Assembly: GCA_965202785.1 (NCBI GenBank)
Contig: OZ241855.1
Span: 1,579,465-1,643,464, forward strand
Reading direction: 5' to 3'
DNA length: 64,000 bases
From: Thermodesulfobacteriota bacterium
GTDB taxonomy: Bacteria; Desulfobacterota_D; UBA1144; Nemesobacterales; Nemesobacteraceae
The position numbers and the translations under genes are program-made. Positions 57,172 through 64,000 of this stretch are shown here, one piece after another. Each line of letters begins with the position of its first letter. The first letter of the stretch is position 1. The notes beneath the pieces were generated by a model that was given only the letters and a program-made list of their open reading frames with translations, had not been told where the DNA came from and did no database searches.

Positions 57172-57834
57172 ATGAACTACCAATTTCTGATAATACTGGT
57201 CCCCGTAATCCTTTTTTCCCTTACCATACACGAGTACGCCCACGCGCTTGTGGCCTACAGGCTAGGAGACGACACGGCGAAAAGACAGGGAAGGCTCTCG
57301 CTTAACCCTCTCGTGCACCTTGATGTTCTGGGAACCCTGCTGCTTTTTATCGTGCATTTCGGATGGGCGAAACCGGTTCCCGTTGACCCGAGAAACTTCA
57401 GGAACCCGAAAAAAGACATGCTTATGGTCGCGCTTGCGGGCCCCGTATCCAATATTCTGACCGCGATTGCGGCTGCCGTGATCCTAAAGGTCATATTCGA
57501 GAATTCCGCGGCCATAACTCCGGGAAGCGGGGTCGACGTGGCCGCGCAGATGCTCGTCTGGTTCATGTACATAGGGATAGTGCTTGCCGTTTTCAATATG
57601 ATCCCCGTTCCGCCGCTTGACGGCTCACGGGTGCTCTACGGACTGCTTCCCGACAGTCTCGCTTACAGGTACGCAAGATTTGAAACTTACGGAATATTCA
57701 TTCTTTTCGCCTTTTTCCTGTTCGGCGGGAAGTTCCTGGGTTACTTCATACGCGTTCCTGTGGTTATCTTTATAGAAATGTGCAATTTCAGCCCGAGCGA
57801 ACTCGGGATCATCATCCGGGCCATGAACCCGTAG
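57172..57834 (+). CDS. site-2 protease (peptidase M50)
   Basis: HEYAH, ALAGP, FNMIPVPPLDG. Confidence 0.92.
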   Translation: MNYQFLIILVPVILFSLTIHEYAHALVAYRLGDDTAKRQGRLSLNPLVHLDVLGTLLLFIVHFGWAKPVPVDPRNFRNPKKDMLMVALAGPVSNILTAIAAAVILKVIFENSAAITPGSGVDVAAQMLVWFMYIGIVLAVFNMIPVPPLDGSRVLYGLLPDSLAYRYARFETYGIFILFAFFLFGGKFLGYFIRVPVVIFIEMCNFSPSELGIIIRAMNP

Positions 57835-57857
57835 TGATTGCCGATAGGAAAAAAGAA

Positions 57858-58610
57858 ATGGAAGACGCGCAGCAGTCAGCCTACAGCGTACAGCTCGAGA
57901 TATTCAACGGCCCCCTTGATCTGCTGCTCCACCTCATAAAAAAACACGAGGTGGACATTTACGACATACCCATCGCGCTCATAACCGAGCAGTACCTTGA
58001 ATATCTTGACTTCCTGAAGGACGTGAACCTCGAGATCGTCGGGGATTACATGTCCATGGCGGCCGAACTGGGGTACATAAAATCGCGCATGCTTCTTCCC
58101 AGGATAAAGGAAGAAGGCGAAGAAGAGGAGCAGGACCCGAGAGAGGAGCTCGTAAGACGTCTGCTTGAGTATGAGAAGTACAGAAGCGCGGCTGCGGAGC
58201 TCGGAGGGATGGAAATTCTCGGGAAAGACGTCTTCCTGGCGGGTTACGACCGCAGGGAAATGTTCGGAGAGCCGGCGGAAGAGACGGAATTCGTGAAATT
58301 CGACCTCTGGTCCCTGGTGGACGCCTTCTCCAATATGTGCGAGGACACAAAGAAGGCTGAGACCGAGGAAATATCCCTTACCCCGCAGACTTACACCGTT
58401 GATGAAAGAAAAAACCAGGTAATTGAAATAATGAGAAAGCAAAAAGAGGTTCTCTTCGGGGATCTCTTCGAAGGGGATAAAAACCGCATGAACCTCGTGG
58501 TAACCTTTCTCTCGATACTGGAGCTGCTGAAAGACGGCGTACTGGATATTTTTCAGCCGACTTTCGAAGAACCTATAAAGATAATTCTGAGGGAGGAAAA
58601 TGGACGATAG
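57858..58610 (+). CDS. scpA: segregation and condensation protein A
   Basis: FNGPLDLLLHLI, IKSRMLLP, FLSILEL. Confidence 0.95.
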   Translation: MEDAQQSAYSVQLEIFNGPLDLLLHLIKKHEVDIYDIPIALITEQYLEYLDFLKDVNLEIVGDYMSMAAELGYIKSRMLLPRIKEEGEEEEQDPREELVRRLLEYEKYRSAAAELGGMEILGKDVFLAGYDRREMFGEPAEETEFVKFDLWSLVDAFSNMCEDTKKAETEEISLTPQTYTVDERKNQVIEIMRKQKEVLFGDLFEGDKNRMNLVVTFLSILELLKDGVLDIFQPTFEEPIKIILREENGR

Positions 58611-59154
58611 AAGTTCTCTTGAAAATATAATAGAATGCTTGATATTCGTTTCGAAACACCCACTAACCATTCAGGAAATTTCCGGATTTCTGAAAGACGT
58701 CGAGAAAAAAGAGATAACCGACGCCCTGGATGAACTACAGAAGCGCTGGGAGGAGATGGGACGAAGTTTCGTCCTAAGCAACGTCGCCGAAGGATATCAG
58801 TTCAGAACCCGTCCCGAGTACTCACAATACATAGTCGAGTTTAACAAGGAAATAAAGAAGTTCAGGCTTTCAAAGGCCGCACTTGAAGTGCTTGCCATAA
58901 TGGCTTACGAGCAGCCTGTTACAAAAGTCGAAGTTGAAAAGATAAGAGGGGTGGACTGCTCAAGCAGCGTGAGCATGCTCCTTGAGAGAAGGTTCATAGA
59001 GATCGCGGGAAGAAAGGAAGTTCCGGGAAAACCTTTTCTCTACAAAACCACTGATCTTTTTCTCGAGACATTCGGACTAAAAAACCTGAAAGACCTTCCT
59101 ACGGTAAAGGAGATCGAGAAGATTAAAGAGGATTTTAAGGAACCGGAGGAATGA
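58600..59154 (+). CDS. scpB: segregation and condensation protein B
   Basis: LSKAALEVLAIMAY.QPVT, IRGV, FLETFGL. Confidence 0.95.
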   Translation: MDDRSSLENIIECLIFVSKHPLTIQEISGFLKDVEKKEITDALDELQKRWEEMGRSFVLSNVAEGYQFRTRPEYSQYIVEFNKEIKKFRLSKAALEVLAIMAYEQPVTKVEVEKIRGVDCSSSVSMLLERRFIEIAGRKEVPGKPFLYKTTDLFLETFGLKNLKDLPTVKEIEKIKEDFKEPEE

Positions 59155-59287
59155 CAGGCCCTCTCGCCCCGGTTGGAACTGCCTAGTAAAGGGGTATCGG
59201 GCATCTCTTGCCTATCTCCCGTTGTAAGTCAAAGACGCCACTGCATAACTGCCTGAATTTCAGACAGTCAATCTACGGACGTATTGA

Positions 59288-59605
59288 TTATCTGGCTGCC
59301 CGCACTTGGAGCTTGACGCCTTCATGTTCTTTTAAAGATGCGAACAAAGAGGAAATATTCTTAAGACTCGGGTTTCCTCTCGGACTGAGCATGCGCATCA
59401 GGCTCTTCGGGTTTTTTTGCGTAAGAATCCCAAGCTCCTGAAAACCGACTGTCGCGTTAACATAGTCTCGCAGCAATACTTTCGCCACGTCGATTTCATC
59501 ATTGAGTACGCACTCAATCGCTTCGGTCAGAAGTCCGATGCGGAACTCGGGGTCTCTCATCGCACGCTCCTTTACTATCTCCCTGAAACTACGGGTTAAT
59601 GCCAC
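59288..59605 (-). CDS. addiction-module antitoxin (HTH)
   Basis: AGGAGG SD; MALTRSFRE..LRDYVNATVGF..SLMRMLSPRGNP. Confidence 0.85.
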   Translation of the reverse strand: MALTRSFREIVKERAMRDPEFRIGLLTEAIECVLNDEIDVAKVLLRDYVNATVGFQELGILTQKNPKSLMRMLSPRGNPSLKNISSLFASLKEHEGVKLQVRAAR

Positions 59606-59666
59606 TGATAACTTCCTCCTATCTGGTTTTTTTGAGTTTCAGATGAATTCTTAGGATTTTGAACTT

Positions 59667-59981
59667 TTATTTCCTGTTTTTGTAATTCCTCCAGCGTTTC
59701 TTTGCACTGTCTATATCTTTCTGCTGACGTTTTTTTGTGCCACCACCCAAAAGAATAATCAAATCATCTCCATCCCTTCCGAAATAAACCCTGTAACCGG
59801 GTCCAAAATCTATAATGCGTTCTCTTACTCCACTTCCCACCGGTTTAACATTTGAGAAATTCCCCTCTTCCATTCGAGTCAAAGCCGTTCCAACTTTCAG
59901 CGCATGACCGAAACTGAGAGAATTAAACCATTGCTCAAACGGTTTTGTCCCATCTTCCTGTTCGTATGCTCGCACCTCCAT
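59667..59981 (-). CDS. RelE/ParE superfamily toxin (addiction module killer, HigB-like)
   Basis: PFEQW..GNFSNVKPVG..GPGYRVYF..LLGGGTKKRQQKDI. Confidence 0.9.
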   Translation of the reverse strand: MEVRAYEQEDGTKPFEQWFNSLSFGHALKVGTALTRMEEGNFSNVKPVGSGVRERIIDFGPGYRVYFGRDGDDLIILLGGGTKKRQQKDIDSAKKRWRNYKNRK

Positions 59982-59988
59982 GACATCT

Positions 59989-60008
59989 TAGTAACCTATA
60001 TAATACTA
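59989..60008. promoter_or_regulatory. imperfect palindrome, likely TA operator/promoter
   Basis: TAGTA-ACCTATATAA-TACTA, 7 nt upstream of the toxin ATG and overlapping a -10-like TATTAT on the minus strand. Confidence 0.45.
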
Positions 60009-60012
60009 TCTG

Positions 60013-60465
60013 TCAACCTGACGAAAAAGTTGATTTCATCTGACTAAGGTAGTTAAGCACTTCTTTTTCCTTCTCCCGCATCATCTCCCTTTCCTTTTTC
60101 TTCTTGTGGTCAAATCCAAGCAGGTGCAGGACCGCATGGACTATAAGCAGACGCAGTTCTTCTTCAATCATGATCTCAAGCCTCCGGGAGTGACGCAGGG
60201 CCGTCTGGTAAGATATCACTATATCACCCAGAAGATCGGGGTTTACATCGCTTTTCTGCGGAAAGCAGAGAACATCCGTAGTCGCATCAATCTGCCTATA
60301 ACGCCGGTTAAGTTCCCGCATGTCAACGTCGCTTATAAGCGAGACGCAGAGCTCGCTTCGGGCGGAGAGATCAAGATACGCAAGTATTCTTTCAACCAGG
60401 CGCACCAGTTCTTCCCTCCCCGGTCCGTCAATGAATTCCTCCCTGTCCACTATGGATATTTCCAT
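60013..60465 (-). CDS. ybeY: rRNA maturation endoribonuclease YbeY
   Basis: ELNRRYR, TDVLCF, LGDIVI, HAVLHLLGFDH. Confidence 0.94.
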   Translation of the reverse strand: MEISIVDREEFIDGPGREELVRLVERILAYLDLSARSELCVSLISDVDMRELNRRYRQIDATTDVLCFPQKSDVNPDLLGDIVISYQTALRHSRRLEIMIEEELRLLIVHAVLHLLGFDHKKKKEREMMREKEKEVLNYLSQMKSTFSSG

Positions 60466-60477
60466 TCTTCCCTCTCC

Positions 60478-61359
60478 TTACAGGGCGGCGCCTGTCCCAC
60501 TTAGGCGAAAGAAAACCAGGGAAGTGTAATATGTACAGGGAAAGACGAATATCAGGCTGTCGAACCTGTCAAGCACCCCGCCGTGTCCGGGAATCAAGGA
60601 GCCGGAATCCTTTACCCCCGCCCCTCTTTTTATGGTGGATTCGAAAAGATCGCCGGCAACTGCGGCCCCGGCTATTATTACCGCGTAAAGGACTACCCAG
60701 GGGGCAGGAAGAGGGCTGCTGAAGACAATATTCACCACGAAGGCGCTTACGACCGAAACAAAGAATCCCCCGATGAGCCCCACCACGGTCTTGCCTGAAC
60801 TTATGTGACGGGCAAGCTTCTTCTTCCCGAAAGCTTTTCCGAAGGAATACGCCCCGGCGTCGTTAAGGAAAGTGCAGGAAACCGCAAGCACGACGAGGAA
60901 AAAGCCGATGTCTTCGGGGCCTTGGCCAAACGAACCGTAATTCAAAGCGCCCTCGCCACCCGGGATATTTCTAAGCAGCACCCCGTGGGCAAGCATCCAG
61001 CCGAAATATATAAGGGGCAGAAGGGTCATGCCGAGGTCTCGCAGGCAGTCGCTGAAATCCTTTTTGCGAAATTCGAGTATTATGGAAAGAAATATCAAAA
61101 AGGTGAAGAAAAGACTCATGAGCATGAAGTCAAGAAACGCGCTTATGATCAGAAGCAGGGAAATGGCCGTGATATAAATCTTTCTCGTCTTCCGTATATC
61201 GGGGCCCGCAAGCTCAAAGAACTCAACGGAGCAAAGAGCCGCAATCAGACACATCAAAGCGAGATAGTAAACTCCCCCGTGGTAGAATATGAGGAGAAGT
61301 ATCGGTACGGCCACAACGGCAGTAACGATTCTTGCGATCAGGTTTCTGCTTTCTGTCAT
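60478..61359 (-). CDS. cdsA: phosphatidate cytidylyltransferase
   Basis: Multi-TM; GDLFES.IKR..GVKDSG.LIPGHGGVLDRFDS. Confidence 0.95.
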   Translation of the reverse strand: MTESRNLIARIVTAVVAVPILLLIFYHGGVYYLALMCLIAALCSVEFFELAGPDIRKTRKIYITAISLLLIISAFLDFMLMSLFFTFLIFLSIILEFRKKDFSDCLRDLGMTLLPLIYFGWMLAHGVLLRNIPGGEGALNYGSFGQGPEDIGFFLVVLAVSCTFLNDAGAYSFGKAFGKKKLARHISSGKTVVGLIGGFFVSVVSAFVVNIVFSSPLPAPWVVLYAVIIAGAAVAGDLFESTIKRGAGVKDSGSLIPGHGGVLDRFDSLIFVFPCTYYTSLVFFRLSGTGAAL

Positions 61360-61411
61360 ACTGCGTCACACTTACTTGGAATCGCATAAAAATTAAACGA
61401 TAAAGGAATCA

Positions 61412-62170
61412 ATGCAAATAACGCCGCTTTACACGGACACCGCCCGCCCGATGAAAATTCTCGTGCTCGCCTCGGGCAGAGGAACGAATTTCGAGAAAAT
61501 ACACTCAAGGCAGATGGAACTTGAGCAAAACGGCCAAATAAACTACGGAACCATAGAGCATGTCTTCTCAAACGACCCCGAGGCCCCTGTTCTCGCAAAG
61601 GCAAAAGCGCTAAAGATCGAAACTTCTTCCATAAGTTCCGAGAAGTTCTTCGCGGATATTGGGAAGCCCCCTTCGGATGAAGGCGGACGGATTCTTTACG
61701 ATTCGGCAGTGATTTCTCTTATTGAAGAGGCTCTTGAGCCAGATCTCGTGGTGCTGGCCGGATACAGGAGAAGGCTCAGCCGCCTGTTTGTCGAAAGATT
61801 CCCAAACAGGATCGTAAATCTCTACCCCGGGGACACAACCAAGGATTACCTCGTAAGAGGAAAAAGCGCATGCGTCCAGGCATTAGAAAACGGCGAAAGA
61901 ACCATAAGATGCACCGTCTATCTCGAGAACGACCCCGAAACAAGGTTCGGAACAGTGGTCGCCCAGTCAGTCGACATATCCCTTGAGGGTTTCGGTATCG
62001 GTGACGGTGCGGCAATGGAAGAAAAAATAAGAGAACAGGGAGAATGGAGGCTTTTTCCCTTCGTGGTCCACGATCTGATCGCAAACGGGAGAGTCGCGAT
62101 TGACGGGGAAAACAATATCTACGTTGACGGTCGAGAGACAGGGAAAAGCGGGTTTTCGCTTTCGCCCTGA
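61412..62170 (+). CDS. PurN-like formyltransferase-fold protein with divergent active site
   Basis: ASGRGTNF, DLVVLAGY; VNLYPGD in place of the canonical NIHPSLLP. Confidence 0.75.
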   Translation: MQITPLYTDTARPMKILVLASGRGTNFEKIHSRQMELEQNGQINYGTIEHVFSNDPEAPVLAKAKALKIETSSISSEKFFADIGKPPSDEGGRILYDSAVISLIEEALEPDLVVLAGYRRRLSRLFVERFPNRIVNLYPGDTTKDYLVRGKSACVQALENGERTIRCTVYLENDPETRFGTVVAQSVDISLEGFGIGDGAAMEEKIREQGEWRLFPFVVHDLIANGRVAIDGENNIYVDGRETGKSGFSLSP

Positions 62171-62172
62171 GA

Positions 62173-63009
62173 TTACGTGCTTCCGTCCCTCAGTTTCTTA
62201 AGAAGCTCGACGTCCTTTGACACCTCGGGAGGAGGCATTTCCACTATCATGTCAAGATCCTCGAAAAACGGGTTCCCCACCATAGAACTGAAGCAGTCAA
62301 TCCCTATCTTTCCCTCCCCTACATGTTCGTGGCGGTCCTTGCTTGAATTGAATTCGGCCTTGGAATCGTTCGCGTGAACGAGTTTCACCGTTCCAGGGAC
62401 AAACGCGGCGCCGATGCTCTCTACCAGTTCCTCTACGCCCTCGCGGGTCCTTATATCATATCCGGAGGCAAACATATGCGCGGTATCTATGCAAACCCCG
62501 AGATCGTCATACGCAACGCGCTTAAGTATTAGGGAAATCTCCTCGAAGCTAGCGCCTATGGTGTCCCCTTGTCCCGCCGTGTTCTCAAGCAGAAGCTTCG
62601 TCGTGCCGCTGTAGTCCCCGAGAATTCTCAAAACCGAGTCGACCACGTTGTCTATCGCCTCTTCTCTCTCAAGCCCCTTTGCGCTTCCTATGTGGGTCAT
62701 TATGTATTTCACCCCCAGGGTGCTTGATCTTTCAAGCTCCTCTCTTACCAGAGCCACGCTTTTTTCTCTCAGGTCCTCTTTTCCTGAAGCCAGGTTTATG
62801 AAATAAGGAGTGTGAACGTAGTAATCACTTATACCGGCCTCGGAACAGTTAAGAAAAAATGCTTCGAGCAGGCGGTCTTCAAGCTCCGGGGGTTTGCCGC
62901 CTCTTGGCGAACGGGTGAACATCTGAAAACATTCGCATCCAAGCTGCCTAGCCCTAAGCGGGGCGTTCTCAATCCCGCCGGCTATTGAAACATGCGCTCC
63001 GAATTTCAT
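62173..63009 (-). CDS. nfo: endonuclease IV
   Basis: GAHVSIAGG, H.PY.INL, LENTAGQG, DTAH, HANDS, DRH. Confidence 0.95.
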   Translation of the reverse strand: MKFGAHVSIAGGIENAPLRARQLGCECFQMFTRSPRGGKPPELEDRLLEAFFLNCSEAGISDYYVHTPYFINLASGKEDLREKSVALVREELERSSTLGVKYIMTHIGSAKGLEREEAIDNVVDSVLRILGDYSGTTKLLLENTAGQGDTIGASFEEISLILKRVAYDDLGVCIDTAHMFASGYDIRTREGVEELVESIGAAFVPGTVKLVHANDSKAEFNSSKDRHEHVGEGKIGIDCFSSMVGNPFFEDLDMIVEMPPPEVSKDVELLKKLRDGST

Positions 63010-63081
63010 CGCGTTTTATCCCCGTTTGACAAATTCACCCCGTAAATATAACTTGAATGCAGGTTTATAAGGAGTGGTGGA

Positions 63082-63645
63082 TTGACCCCTACAAAAGCTT
63101 TTGTAACCAAGGGTGTAGGCAAGCACAAGGAAAAGCTCTCAAGCTTTGAGCTTGCCTTGAGGAATGCGCGGATCGCGGAGTTCAATCTGGTCAAGGTTTC
63201 AAGCATATTTCCCCCGGGCTGTCACCTCGTAAGCAGAAAGCAGGGACTCACCATGCTCTCCCCCGGGCAGATAGCTTTTGTGGTAATGAGCGAGAATTCC
63301 ACAAACGAGCCCAGCAGGCTCATCGCCGCATCCACCGGCCTTGCGATCCCGAAGGATAAAACGCGCCACGGGTACATCTCTGAGCACCACAGCTACGGGC
63401 AGAAGGAAACCCTCGCGGGAGAGTACGCCGAAGATCTTGCCGCCTACATGCTAGCTACCACCCTTAACGCTCCCTTTGATCCCGATAAAAGTTACGACGA
63501 GCAGAAAGACATATGGGAGATAAGCGGGCACAAGGTAAAAAGCAGAAACGTAACGCAGACTGCAGTAGGAGATAAAAACGGACTCTGGACAACGGTTCTT
63601 ACCGCGGTGGTTTTCTGTTCGTATGAGGCAAAGTCGCTCGGCTAA
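63082..63645 (+). CDS. pdaD: pyruvoyl-dependent arginine decarboxylase
   Basis: [18 protein letters not shown] (Ser-Ser self-cleavage site), GYISEH. Confidence 0.9.
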   Translation: MTPTKAFVTKGVGKHKEKLSSFELALRNARIAEFNLVKVSSIFPPGCHLVSRKQGLTMLSPGQIAFVVMSENSTNEPSRLIAASTGLAIPKDKTRHGYISEHHSYGQKETLAGEYAEDLAAYMLATTLNAPFDPDKSYDEQKDIWEISGHKVKSRNVTQTAVGDKNGLWTTVLTAVVFCSYEAKSLG

Positions 63646-63800
63646 CCCCCACTCCCCACAGGAAGCAAAACGGAAGAGTTTTGTGGGATCGGATCCTGGA
63701 TTTTATTCGAATCGACTGTGTCCCGATATCTTTTACAGAATTGAAATTGCCTGTCTACAAGATTTCTTGAAGGCAACTTACAGTGCAGACAGTGTAACCA

Positions 63801-63941
63801 GTTTTCGACATTTCCAACTCCAATAATACAATTTTCGACATAAATCCTTGATTTTCGACATTGCGAAGGATAAAATATGGAAACTCGACATAATTGGAGT
63901 TTATACAGCATATTTCGACAACAATAAAGGATTCTCGAACA
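63801..63941 (+). repeat. array of six short direct repeats (consensus WTTTCGACA) spaced at multiples of 10 bp
   Basis: Units end at 63810, 63840, 63860, 63890, 63920 and about 63940. Confidence 0.85.
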
Positions 63942-64000
63942 ATGCAAATACAGGACGCAACACCGGATTTCTTTCAGGGCACTCCCCTGCCACAGGGTGC
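63942..64000 (+). CDS. 5' end of a CDS cut by the window edge (possibly Fic-family)
   Basis: AAAGGA SD-like sequence; MQIQDATPDFFQGTPLPQG..; the family guess rests on only 19 residues. Confidence 0.35.
   Translation, partial: MQIQDATPDFFQGTPLPQG

Noticed and set aside
57172-57834. M50 protease as the processing enzyme for the GC-TM tails
   Set aside because: It lies in a conserved xerD-scpAB housekeeping context and nothing in the sequence links it to the tailed proteins
63801-63941. CRISPR array
   Set aside because: Repeats are only about 10 bp, spacers are 10-20 bp and unequal, and there are no cas genes in the window

Overview
Bacterial chromosomal segment that is mostly housekeeping. 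Gene content and order (ftsH-folP-cdaA-cdaR-glmM-pdxJ-acpS, metK-ahcY, xerD-M50 protease-scpAB, long-form hflX) look deltaproteobacteria-like. A Desulfobacterota/Dadabacteria-type lineage is plausible, but that is inference only. The window appears to span the replication terminus. A 28-bp XerCD dif site lies at 33483-33510, and by eye the KOPS motifs (GGGNAGGG) point towards it from both sides. Core genes: clpB, hflX, orphan nuoM, hemA/hemC, initiator tRNA-Met, xseB-ispA-tlyA, tal, ileS, lutABC, purU, PBP1A, cysteine synthase, folC, rpe, ybeY, cdsA, nfo and pyruvoyl arginine decarboxylase. The best candidate for an undescribed system is a pair of paralogous secreted Cache-like proteins (261-1487, 52795-53550). 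They have no signalling output domain and share a GC-linker-TM C-terminal tail resembling a protein-sorting signal, and one has a G11 tract positioned for phase variation. Other oddities: a split PTPS pair (one Cys->Ser) with a sepiapterin-reductase-like SDR, a His-less cytochrome-c-like protein plus beta-barrel operon, a DnaD-like/DnaC-like pair, a PurN homologue missing catalytic residues, an unannotated 38-aa membrane protein, 23-bp promoter repeats on a deleted ATPase gene, and a 10-bp-phased TTTCGACA array at the window end. All calls come from reading motifs by eye; no database search was run.
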